Shown here: positions 30,429-40,051 of the stretch, one piece after another
Layout of the letters: each line of letters opens with the position of its first letter
Position numbering within the stretch: position 1 is the stretch's first letter
NCBI GenBank assembly: GCA_048938855.1
Contig: JBHLLT010000002.1
Coordinates: 384,001 to 448,000, forward strand
Direction: 5' to 3'
Length of the DNA stretch: 64,000 nt
Source of the DNA: Promethearchaeota archaeon
GTDB lineage: Archaea; Asgardarchaeota; Lokiarchaeia; Sigyniarchaeales; SOKP01
Notes under the pieces: generated by a model
Database searches by the model: none
What the model saw: only the letters and a program-made list of their open reading frames with translations
What the model was told of the DNA's origin: nothing
Made by a program: the position numbers and the translations under genes

Positions 30429-31328
30429 ATGGTTGTTCAAATAACTTACCACTATAATAATGAAATTCTAGAGTGGCAATGGGCATCTGATAATGATTTG
30501 ATGCCATATCCTTATTTTACTTCTTGCTATTTAGTGGATGGTCTCCTAATTGATTCAGGTGCTCCTGGAGGAGCAAATGATCTTAAGCTATTCCTTGAAT
30601 CACTTAAACCTAATCAAATGATTGATAAATGTTTTATAACACATGCACATGAAGATCATGCTGGTGGTGCTCATATGATTCAAACTGAATTCGGAATACC
30701 AATATTTACCAGCAAAGAAACAGTAGATCTCTTAAAAAAGGGAAATACTTATCCTGAATATCGTCAATTAGCATGGGGTCCGAAATTATTACCAGTTGAT
30801 GCTAAAGAAATTAATGAACCAATAATAACTAAGGCAAAGAAATATAAGTTTGAATTATTCCCAATGATCGGCCATGCTTCAGAATTAGTTGCTTTAATTG
30901 AAAAAGAACAAAAATGGGCTTTTGTAGCTGATGCTGTGCAACCTAAATACAAGATGATTTTTGGTCGGAATAGCGACATCCAAGAAGATATATCTTTAAT
31001 ATATCAATCTCTTTCTAAGTTATATGAATTTACAGTGGGTATGGACAAATTACTAATCTTCTCTGCAGGAAATGGTGTACTCCAAGGAAGAAACATGATA
31101 AAAGAAAAGATGGAGGAGATTGAAAATTTATATACTAGAGTTCATCAGGAGCATAGTAAACTTCAGAAGGAAGGATTTAAAGAAAAAAAAATTACAAAAA
31201 AAATAGTTAAGAAAATATTCAAAAGAGAGAGTATTATTGGTCAATTAACTCTAGGTGACCTTTCTAGAGAAAATCTAATCCTTTCCCTATTAAAATGGGA
31301 AAAAAAAGAGGATTTAATTATTTTATAA
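30429..31328 (+). CDS. Metallo-beta-lactamase-fold hydrolase
   Basis: LIDSG, THAHEDHAGG, GH, VADA. Confidence 0.9.
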   Translation: MVVQITYHYNNEILEWQWASDNDLMPYPYFTSCYLVDGLLIDSGAPGGANDLKLFLESLKPNQMIDKCFITHAHEDHAGGAHMIQTEFGIPIFTSKETVDLLKKGNTYPEYRQLAWGPKLLPVDAKEINEPIITKAKKYKFELFPMIGHASELVALIEKEQKWAFVADAVQPKYKMIFGRNSDIQEDISLIYQSLSKLYEFTVGMDKLLIFSAGNGVLQGRNMIKEKMEEIENLYTRVHQEHSKLQKEGFKEKKITKKIVKKIFKRESIIGQLTLGDLSRENLILSLLKWEKKEDLIIL

Positions 31329-32552
31329 GTGTCTTGGAACGTTTATCTCAAGATCCGATATTGGATATGAGTAGCAAGGATGGAAATAATTAAATTTCTT
31401 ATCTGCAGCCTTTCTCCAATCACTAATTGGACTTATATATATATTTCCTGATATGAGAAGAGAACGACAGAATCCACATTCACCAGATCGACATTTTGAT
31501 GGAGGGGCAAGATTTGCTCTTTCCATCGCAACAAGAATTGATTCAGTAGCATTTGCAGGGATTTCTTGTATTTTATCTCCAATTTGAACTTTAATTCTAA
31601 ATGTTTTTTCAGCCAATTCTTTGGGATATCCAGAATAACTAATAATATCTTTTATTTCACCAAATGCCTCTCTACGAATTCGTTTTCTAGATACATCAAA
31701 TCTCTTCAATTCTTTTTCTACAAACTCATACATTACTTGGGGGCCACAGATGAAAACCGTACTATTCTTTACATCACAATATTTTTCAATAATATCACCA
31801 GTTATAAAACCAGATTCGCACCCTTTTAAAGAAACTACTTCACAACTTAGTATATGAATTATTTTTATTTTATCAGGGTATTCCTCCATGAGCTTATTAA
31901 ACTCCTCATAAAAGATAATATCATCTTCTTCACTACTGCCATAGAAAATAGTTAAATTAGCATCTATTTTACCTTCTATAATTGATTTAGCGATTGAACG
32001 AAAAGGTGTTATGCCAGAGCCTCCTGCAATCCCTATTACATTCTTTAAGTCTCGCAATGGCTCAAAATAAAAGAAACCTTCAGGTCCTGAACTTAAAACT
32101 TTTGTTCCAACTTTCCAATTATCCCAAATATGACTTGTTAAAAATCCTTGTTCTTCTTTTCTGATTGTTATTTCATAAAACCCTTCTAATACTTCCGACG
32201 GTGAGGAGGATATTGAATATGGTCTTGTGATTTCTACACCATTTACATTAACTTTTAAACTTAAATATTGTCCCGCTCTGAAATAAGCTAGACTCCTTGT
32301 GATTGAATTTGGATCTGGAACCAATTTAAAAGTTTTTGCTGATTTTGTTTCGTCTATTATATCACTTATAATCAAGTATTGTCTTTCTGGATGCAATGCT
32401 TTAGCAAGCGTGTTTATAGCATCTGATTCTATTGGCTCATTGGAAGCATTTTCTATTCTTTTCTTTCTATTAGGTACGAGTTTCATAAAGTTATATAGAT
32501 CTTTTGTATTACTCTTTACAGTAATATTAAATTTTTTTTTATCTTCCGTCAT
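31323..32552 (-). CDS. FAD/NAD(P)-binding reductase with C-terminal [2Fe-2S] domain (PaaE/Hcr-like)
   Basis: RPYSISS, AGGSGITP, ICGP, CRSGECGFC...C. Confidence 0.9.
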   Translation of the reverse strand: MTEDKKKFNITVKSNTKDLYNFMKLVPNRKKRIENASNEPIESDAINTLAKALHPERQYLIISDIIDETKSAKTFKLVPDPNSITRSLAYFRAGQYLSLKVNVNGVEITRPYSISSSPSEVLEGFYEITIRKEEQGFLTSHIWDNWKVGTKVLSSGPEGFFYFEPLRDLKNVIGIAGGSGITPFRSIAKSIIEGKIDANLTIFYGSSEEDDIIFYEEFNKLMEEYPDKIKIIHILSCEVVSLKGCESGFITGDIIEKYCDVKNSTVFICGPQVMYEFVEKELKRFDVSRKRIRREAFGEIKDIISYSGYPKELAEKTFRIKVQIGDKIQEIPANATESILVAMERANLAPPSKCRSGECGFCRSLLISGNIYISPISDWRKAADKKFNYFHPCYSYPISDLEINVPRHL

Positions 32553-34104
32553 TTTGAACCCTCACCTTTATACTTAATTCATTTAAAACAAATAATGCAG
32601 CAATTTCACCATCTTTTAATGCACTACTATATCCATGACATCGTCTCCCAAAACCTCCTGCGAATTCTAAACCTTTTATATAATTATGATCTCCCATCAT
32701 CATTAATCGAGGTACTAAGGAGTCCCAAGATTCTGGTTCATATCCATATATTATTCCATTATATGAACGTGTAAATCTTGCAAATGTTTCAGGTGTTGCA
32801 ATTTCAATTTCCTCAATATGTTCTCTGATAGAAATATCCAAAGCATTTTCAAAATCAGTTATAAGCCCATCAGCAATTCTATTTTTTGCTTCTACATAAT
32901 CTTCTGGTTTCACATCCTTCCATGCTTCTGGCTTAAATAACGTAGTAATGTATAGGATTGATGTTCCTGGAGGTGAACAATCTGGGATTGCAACATTCAA
33001 ACAAACAGTTGCTTGACCTTTTGGTACTCCTAATTTATTCCACTGATCATAGAGATTTACTGTATCCATATCATCCATAATGAAATAACTATACTCATTT
33101 ATCCCTAATTCTTCAACAGATGCGTCAAGTCCTAAATAAACCACAAAAGCAGAAAGTCCATGAATTCTAGAGTTTACTTCTTTATAAGCAATTTCCGGGA
33201 CTTCAGATTTAGGATATATTAAATTATTATATACTAATGTTTGTGAAGCATTAGAAATTACTTGGTTTGTTTTGATTTTATCTCCATTTGAAGTTTCTAC
33301 TCCTATAACTTTACCATTTTCTACAAGAATTTTCTCAACTCGAGTATTATACATGATTTCTCCTCCCAATTCTCTAATTCTTTTATCAAGAGCTACAGTA
33401 AATTCAGTAGAACGGTATTTTGGAATATATGCACCCCTCTTTATGTAAGTGTTAATCATGGCAACAAATAAAGTAAAATTTATCCTACTTATAGGAAGAC
33501 CTAAATATGCCCAATATGCATTTAAAATATCTCGAGCTTTTTTTGGTATACCTAATGCTTCTTCTACTTCTAATGCAGAATAAGATGCAGTTCTAAGGAA
33601 ATTAGAATGTTCCTTAATTAATAATTTCTCATCTGGATTACCCCTTGATTTTCCAATATATGCGAAAGCAGTGGAAATATCTTCACCAAGCTTGAAAAAA
33701 TTCTCTACAGATTCTCTGCAACCTGGAACTTGTTTTTCAATCTCATCTAAAAAATTCTCTATTCCAAAAGGCATTATCACATCAAGATCTTTTGTAATAA
33801 TTCTATATGCTTCAGGAACTTCTAAAAATTCAGCATCAATTCCAAGTTTATCAAATAGAACTCTTATGGCTCCAGGGTTTGAAACTGAGCCAAAATCCGC
33901 CATTTCATGTAAAGAAGTTTCAAATTCAAATCTTCCTCTAACAAAACTTGAAGCAAAACCACCAGGCAAGTTATGTTGTTCAATTAATAATACCTTAATG
34001 CCTGCTAATGCCAATCTTGCAGCTGCAACAAGTCCACCATTTCCAGCACCTATGATTACTACTTTATAATCTTCATTTTCTTGTTCATTCATATTTAAAA
34101 CCAA
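32539..34104 (-). CDS. Phytoene desaturase/retinol saturase-family FAD oxidoreductase
   Basis: IIGAGNGGL, EQHNLPGG, RGRFEFE, ATPETF...GIIYG. True start is probably the ATG at 34092. Confidence 0.85.
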   Translation of the reverse strand: MVLNMNEQENEDYKVVIIGAGNGGLVAAARLALAGIKVLLIEQHNLPGGFASSFVRGRFEFETSLHEMADFGSVSNPGAIRVLFDKLGIDAEFLEVPEAYRIITKDLDVIMPFGIENFLDEIEKQVPGCRESVENFFKLGEDISTAFAYIGKSRGNPDEKLLIKEHSNFLRTASYSALEVEEALGIPKKARDILNAYWAYLGLPISRINFTLFVAMINTYIKRGAYIPKYRSTEFTVALDKRIRELGGEIMYNTRVEKILVENGKVIGVETSNGDKIKTNQVISNASQTLVYNNLIYPKSEVPEIAYKEVNSRIHGLSAFVVYLGLDASVEELGINEYSYFIMDDMDTVNLYDQWNKLGVPKGQATVCLNVAIPDCSPPGTSILYITTLFKPEAWKDVKPEDYVEAKNRIADGLITDFENALDISIREHIEEIEIATPETFARFTRSYNGIIYGYEPESWDSLVPRLMMMGDHNYIKGLEFAGGFGRRCHGYSSALKDGEIAALFVLNELSIKVRVQNDGR

Positions 34105-34226
34105 GTTTTCAAATTAAAATTAAGATAATTAATAATAATTTAAATTGGTTGGAATTTAAGAATTTTAACTAGATTAATGTAAATCTAACTAAATGATAAA
34201 AATTAGGATTTTTTTTCTAATACTTA

Positions 34227-35231
34227 TTAGACAAGATTATTGATTATAATTTCGGAAATATCACCACTATATTCTGAAGTACGTCTAATACTTTCAATTA
34301 TATATCCTACTGCAATTGACACTTCAGCTTTACCAATTGTAGTTAAATTTACTTTTTCAGTAGCTGCAATTAATTCTTTAATATCTTCAATATTTTCATT
34401 TGCGAGAACTAAACTCTTTTGAAGCCATGCATCTAAACTTTTATTCAACAACTCTAATGATAATTTACTTAAAGATTTAAGTTGCCCTTTCAAACTATCA
34501 TCCACTTGATGGTTAATAAGGATTAAAACATTTTTCGCAATTTTTGAGGCATGATCTCCTATTCGTTCTAAGAACCTTGACATTTGTTGATAATGACTCG
34601 CTTGTTCTAAGGTAATTCCCATTTTTTGACATAAAATAATATCTCTTAATACAATGTGGGACTGGCGACCGATTAGCCAATGTAATCTGTCAACATCATT
34701 ATCCCTTTTGATGATTTCATCTGCTAATTCACTATTTTCTGTCTCAAGAGCAACGATTGAATCTTCATGCATACCTTGTACAAGTATATACATTCTTTTT
34801 ATAGTTTTCTCAAAAGGCATTTCTTTTGGATTCAGAAGATCTTTGATTACAATGATGTTATTGGATTCTTCTACAATTTCAGGGCCAATGGCTATTTGTG
34901 TAAAATTAGTAATTGTCTCCCTGATTATTGGTTCGAATTTTCTGCTAGATTTTATAACAATTCTAGAAAATCCCATTATATACGCTCCAATTAAAACTCG
35001 AAAAAGAAAATTTTCATCTCCATAATCATCTACAATAATTTCCTTGGTTTTAATCGTTGTTTCATTATCAATTTGGGGTGTAATTAATAGATTACCATCA
35101 GGCTGGGAGAGGATCCCCAAAGTATCATTCTTTTCAACGCCATGTTTATCTATCCACACTTTGGGCAAAGATATTATATAAGAACTGCCCCCTGTTTTCT
35201 GGACTTTTCTAGTTTCAATATGAAAACTCAT
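34227..35231 (-). CDS. phoU: Archaeal phosphate uptake regulator (AbrB DNA-binding domain plus PhoU domains)
   Basis: ETRKVQKTGGSSYIISLPKVW, DNDVDRL, LERIGDH. Confidence 0.92.
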   Translation of the reverse strand: MSFHIETRKVQKTGGSSYIISLPKVWIDKHGVEKNDTLGILSQPDGNLLITPQIDNETTIKTKEIIVDDYGDENFLFRVLIGAYIMGFSRIVIKSSRKFEPIIRETITNFTQIAIGPEIVEESNNIIVIKDLLNPKEMPFEKTIKRMYILVQGMHEDSIVALETENSELADEIIKRDNDVDRLHWLIGRQSHIVLRDIILCQKMGITLEQASHYQQMSRFLERIGDHASKIAKNVLILINHQVDDSLKGQLKSLSKLSLELLNKSLDAWLQKSLVLANENIEDIKELIAATEKVNLTTIGKAEVSIAVGYIIESIRRTSEYSGDISEIIINNLV

Positions 35232-35274
35232 TTTTATACCCTCTTAATTAATCTAAATTAGTTCAGGATAATTT

Positions 35275-35555
35275 TTCTATATAGAATAAAAAATATCATT
35301 ATTAACTCAATTTAGTTATATAGAATAAATAATAGGATTATTTTATACATAAACTATATACTATATATACTTTCTATATTCTATATATATAACAATATTA
35401 CATTGATTATAAATCTTTACAATAGAGTATAATCATTTCAGTATCCTCTATATAGTTTGATATTTTTATTAAAAAACAACAAGATAATTAATGTGATAAT
35501 TATACCCATTTGCCTTTGCGATGATAAATATAGTCTATCTCTATAGAATATATAG
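35275..35555. promoter_or_regulatory. Cluster of CTATATA(G) boxes upstream of phoU
   Basis: Palindrome TTCTATATAGAA at 35275-35286; further copies or variants at 35316, 35354, 35361, 35374, 35381, 35448 and 35548. Confidence 0.55.
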
Positions 35556-35938
35556 TGTAAATAACTCCACATATATTATGGCGAGATTCCTCATATATAA
35601 TAAGTAAATCCTTTGCATAATCAAATTTAGACAGAAGTTTTAGTATTATAGTAAAAGGGTTTAAAATGCGAGAACTACCAATAATATATATTTTAGCAAT
35701 TACCTTAGTTGGAACGATGAGCAGATCACGTCTGTAAAATAGCTGAGAAAGTTTATTATATAGTGAAGGAGATGCATAAAGAAATTAGTTAAGATTACCT
35801 TAATTAATATTTAGTACGTTAAATTTATGCGAATTAGGAAAATAATCATATATTTCTTATAAAAGTTTAAAAAAGACTTTATAAATAATAATTAAACAAT
35901 AAAATTAAACACTAATCAGAAAATTTGAGGGGATTTTT

Positions 35939-36571
35939 ATGGACTCATATGAAAAATTACCTGATAGAGAAATTAAACCTGGAGGTCAAATGTCGGATAA
36001 GTTTTTACAGCTAGGAATCAAAACTTTCAAGGAGGCTTGTGAATATGTGCATAATGAAGAATATGGTTATAATACTAATTACGATGATAGATTGATTTTT
36101 TTTAAGGAAAATAAAGGAACTTGTACTACTAAACATGCTGTAATTGCAGGATTAGCTGAAGAACTCGAAATACCGCTTTACAAACATGTTGGAGTCTATA
36201 GATTTACAGAAAGAACCTCGACTGGAACAGATGGAATTATGAGAAAATACAAGGTTCCTTATATACCAATGGTACACTGTTTTTTGGTATATAAAGATTT
36301 TAAATTTGATCTAACAGAGGATAATTGTCATGGCAAAAATACCAATATAGAGGAATTTATTCACGAGGAGCAAGTTGAACCCTTCATTAGCAGAAAAGAT
36401 GAATATTTACTTCTTAAAAAAGTGATAAAGGAAAAAATTTTACCATCTAAGGAAATGGATGGGATTAAGGAAAGATCACTATTAAAAGCAAGAGAAGAAG
36501 CAATTATACTTTTAAAAGAAAATATTGAACGGCAAAAGAAGTCAAAATTAGCTATCAACTCAGCAATTTAA
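35939..36571 (+). CDS. Hypothetical protein with a transglutaminase-like Cys-His-Asp pattern
   Basis: GTCTTKH, VHCFL, FDLT. Confidence 0.65.
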   Translation: MDSYEKLPDREIKPGGQMSDKFLQLGIKTFKEACEYVHNEEYGYNTNYDDRLIFFKENKGTCTTKHAVIAGLAEELEIPLYKHVGVYRFTERTSTGTDGIMRKYKVPYIPMVHCFLVYKDFKFDLTEDNCHGKNTNIEEFIHEEQVEPFISRKDEYLLLKKVIKEKILPSKEMDGIKERSLLKAREEAIILLKENIERQKKSKLAINSAI

Positions 36572-37257
36572 GTAGTCTCTGAACTTGTTAATAAAACCAT
36601 AATATAATCAGCTACTGATTCAATTGCATCTGAAATTGCTTCAATAATGTTCATAGTCATTCCAACTGTAAAGATTGTAAAAGTATTAACCTTATAATCA
36701 GTTTGTTGCAAACTTTTTCTTAGCTTAATGTTAAGAACATCAACTTGATGCTCAAGGTTATTAATTTTAGTCGCGATTTCTTTAACTTGAGCTCTGTTTC
36801 CTAATAAATCAATTAAAATTTTATCTAAATATTCAACACATACTACAGATTTATTCATCATTTCACTTATTAGACTGACAGTTTCTTCACTACTTTGTTC
36901 CCAAAATGTATTTGGAATCGTATCTATTCGTCGAGCCACACCAGTTGCACAGTTTGCAACATCATCCATTCTCTTAACCAAATGTGATAAATCAGTACGT
37001 ACACTAGGATTCAATTCTCCTCTTGAAACATCCTTCATGATCTCTCTCCTCATAGTATCCGCTTCTCTTTCAAAAGCATCGACCATCAGAAAAATGTCAT
37101 GGGAATTTTCAACTTTTTTAGTTTTTAAGAGAAGTTGTACTCCTTCATCTAGTTTCTTTACGCATTTTTGAACTTGTTGAGCATGTTTTATGGATTTTTC
37201 TAATACACTTTCAGCTGTTCTTCGTTTCACAAATTCAATCAAGGACCCCATATTCAT
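36568..37257 (-). CDS. DUF47 (PhoU-like) phosphate transport regulator
   Basis: EREADTMRR, RMDDVAN, LEHQVD, EAISDAIESVAD. Confidence 0.88.
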   Translation of the reverse strand: MNMGSLIEFVKRRTAESVLEKSIKHAQQVQKCVKKLDEGVQLLLKTKKVENSHDIFLMVDAFEREADTMRREIMKDVSRGELNPSVRTDLSHLVKRMDDVANCATGVARRIDTIPNTFWEQSSEETVSLISEMMNKSVVCVEYLDKILIDLLGNRAQVKEIATKINNLEHQVDVLNIKLRKSLQQTDYKVNTFTIFTVGMTMNIIEAISDAIESVADYIMVLLTSSETT

Positions 37258-37334
37258 CCTATAAGATTATTGTTTAGTAAGTATATACAATTTATCTATG
37301 ATATGACTATATAAATGACTCTGGTATAAATATT

Positions 37335-38396
37335 TTAGGGTAATCCAAAAGAAATGAATCCATAATAGATAAACCCTGCTAAAAAAGCAGCAATAGGAAA
37401 TGTTAGAAACCAAAATATTGCCATCTTCCCCAATGCTTTTAAATCTACTTCTTTTTTTTGTGCTACACTTAATCCTATTATAGAAAATACAATCACATGA
37501 CTATGAGATATTGGTAATCCAAATATTGTAGCAACCATTAAAATTATTGCTGAACTTGTTTGTAGAATGATGCCTTCACTGGGTCGAGTGTCAATCATTT
37601 GGGAAGCCAAATTTTTAATAACATAACGAGCAGCTATATATATTCCTAAACCTGAAAAAACTCCACATATTATAGCAAAGAATAAATACTGACTTATATT
37701 TAAAGATCCACTATTAAATAATCCATAAAGAATCCCTAATGCTTCCCCAGAATTAGCACCAACCCATATTTCAGCAAATATAACGGCAACCAATAAGATC
37801 CATTTGAAATATCGTTCAGATTTCTCTATTTGATTTAAACCTTTTAAACGAGAAAGATAAAATTTAGCAATTACCTTGAATAGAATATATGTTACAACAA
37901 GACCAAAAATAGGAGATAAAAACCAGCTTAAAACAACATTTCCTAATTTTGTCCAATTTAAAGCAGTTTCAGGGTTTATTGTGCCTTGAACTAATGCATA
38001 TGTTATTAATACACCAAATATACTTCCAATTAATGAATGAGTACTACTTAAAGGAATTCCTGCAAAACTTCCAATCACCAACCAAATTATACTGCTAATT
38101 AGAACAGTTAATAACATAAACGTTGTATATGTTATACCTTCCCCCAAAATATCAGCTCCTACGGTTTTAGCTACAAATCCACTACTAAAAAAAATCATAC
38201 CAGCACCAATTGCTAAACCACCAATTATTAAGGCAATTTTAAATTTGAGAACTCCTGCCCCCACTAATGCAGAAAGAGTTTCATCATTGGCTCCAATTGA
38301 AAAAGCAAGAGATATTGCCATTATTATTAAAACTATAACTAAAATTGAAGTTAAATCTGCAGCCATAATAACTCTTAATTTTAAATTCTTAATCAA
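37335..38396 (-). CDS. pit: Inorganic phosphate transporter, PiT family
   Basis: GANDE, GIPLSSTH, second repeat GANS, GLPISHSH. Confidence 0.9.
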   Translation of the reverse strand: MIKNLKLRVIMAADLTSILVIVLIIMAISLAFSIGANDETLSALVGAGVLKFKIALIIGGLAIGAGMIFFSSGFVAKTVGADILGEGITYTTFMLLTVLISSIIWLVIGSFAGIPLSSTHSLIGSIFGVLITYALVQGTINPETALNWTKLGNVVLSWFLSPIFGLVVTYILFKVIAKFYLSRLKGLNQIEKSERYFKWILLVAVIFAEIWVGANSGEALGILYGLFNSGSLNISQYLFFAIICGVFSGLGIYIAARYVIKNLASQMIDTRPSEGIILQTSSAIILMVATIFGLPISHSHVIVFSIIGLSVAQKKEVDLKALGKMAIFWFLTFPIAAFLAGFIYYGFISFGLP

Positions 38397-39066
38397 AAAT
38401 TAGATATTTAATAGCAAGAAATTGTATGTATTCAGAGAAATTTTTAATGTGGTCTGCTAGCATCATTACAGTTTCTATCAATTCTTTGAGATATAAGAAA
38501 GTTCTTGACAAGTAATCCATTTCATAATTATATAAACGATTGATTAATTTCCATTCTTTTTTTCTCATCGTTCTTCTTTCCTCCTTTATATCTTCACATA
38601 TATTATGTGCTTTCTTAAGATCAGTTCCAATTGATTTCACTGCTTCGCATATTCCATTAGAAATTGTTTTTAAAGATGAAAGAATATCTAACATTTGTAG
38701 TTTAAATGCATCATCCGGAAAGACTACCCTATAGAGGAGCATTTTATTAGCTAAGAATTCCCCTATATTTTTTATATCATTAATTTTATTGAATAATTTT
38801 AATCTATCTGCTTTAGAAAACATCAATTTTGACTTAAAAATCTTTGATTCAAATACTTTCTTGATATGAACTTCTGTATTCGTTTTAATGACATATTTCA
38901 TATTTTCCATAAATTTCTCGAAATTTTCCTCAACTAGAAATTCAATTCCTTCAATTAACTTTAAAGTTTGGCTATTAATGTTTTCCGAGAATAAATGAGT
39001 TAATTCATCGATACTTAATTTTACCAGCTTTTTTTCATCTAGTTCGTTAATATCGAGATCTTCCAT
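38389..39066 (-). CDS. Divergent DUF47-like protein
   Basis: Same size and helical layout (ADRLKLFNKINDI, ETVMMLADH); acidic metal motifs eroded; abuts pit. Confidence 0.65.
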   Translation of the reverse strand: MEDLDINELDEKKLVKLSIDELTHLFSENINSQTLKLIEGIEFLVEENFEKFMENMKYVIKTNTEVHIKKVFESKIFKSKLMFSKADRLKLFNKINDIKNIGEFLANKMLLYRVVFPDDAFKLQMLDILSSLKTISNGICEAVKSIGTDLKKAHNICEDIKEERRTMRKKEWKLINRLYNYEMDYLSRTFLYLKELIETVMMLADHIKNFSEYIQFLAIKYLIFD

Positions 39067-39317
39067 CTTTATTCAAAAATATTTATAATTAATTTTTATA
39101 GAGATTTGTTTTAAATCTCTAATTTGTTATATTTGATTTATTAAATTTATAGTTTCATTATTAGGCTCTGGATATTTATAATTAATTTTTATTAAATAAA
39201 TAGAATTTAAACGCTATTAATAGTAAGAACAAAATTTTTAATGGGATATAAATAATACTTTCTATATAAATACTCTTTATAAATGAATCTAGAAATTAAA
39301 ATGCTAATTTCCAGAAC

Positions 39318-40004
39318 TTATTTTAATCTTTTTGCTAGAGTTAACATTATAATATAATCCGCTACATCTTCAGCATTATCACTAATTGCTTCCATCGTTG
39401 ATATACAATTATAAATTACTATGGCACTGAAAGGATTTATTTGAAGATGATTTGATACTAGCATTCTACTTATTGTGTAATGTTTTTCATCACATTGATG
39501 TTCTAATTTATTAACTTCTTCCCCTAAACTTTGAATATTTGTATCTTTTGCCTTCAACAATTGATCTACCATTAGATTTATTTTTTTAATAGCCTCTACC
39601 GTAATTCTTGAAATATCTAAAATATTCTTGTGAATATCCTCTCCTAAATTTAAAAAATCCATATGATTCATAGAGATGAGTATTCTTGCGCTAGCATTAG
39701 CTGCATTTGCAATGTCATCAATTCTCTTAACAAGGTTCATTAAATTTTCTCGAATTTTGGATGGTAATTTTGCCTGTGATAACATATTCAGAATATTTCT
39801 ACGAATGCCATCTGCTTGGTGTTCTAATTCATCAACTCGGAAAAAAACTTTTAATGCAAGGTCAATATTTTTTTCCTCAAGAAAAAACGATAAACCTTTA
39901 TCAAATTCAACTATACATTCAAGTACTTTTTGAGTATGAATTAAGGTTAAATTCATTGCGTTTTCTTCATTACGAGATTTAAACCAGTCCATTAAAGAAC
40001 TCAT
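39318..40004 (-). CDS. DUF47 (PhoU-like) phosphate transport regulator
   Basis: LEHQADGIRR, RIDDIAN, LEHQCD, EAISDNAEDVAD. Confidence 0.88.
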   Translation of the reverse strand: MSSLMDWFKSRNEENAMNLTLIHTQKVLECIVEFDKGLSFFLEEKNIDLALKVFFRVDELEHQADGIRRNILNMLSQAKLPSKIRENLMNLVKRIDDIANAANASARILISMNHMDFLNLGEDIHKNILDISRITVEAIKKINLMVDQLLKAKDTNIQSLGEEVNKLEHQCDEKHYTISRMLVSNHLQINPFSAIVIYNCISTMEAISDNAEDVADYIIMLTLAKRLK

Positions 40005-40051
40005 AAATTATTCCTCATTTTTTTTCTTAATATAAATGTTATTATTTATTT

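Noticed and set aside
35666-35747. 23-aa ORF MRELPIIYILAITLVGTMSRSRL and a C/D-box-like string (ACGATGA...CTGA)
   Set aside because: The ORF is very short with no support, and the box spacing of about 22 nt is too small for a typical two-guide archaeal C/D RNA.
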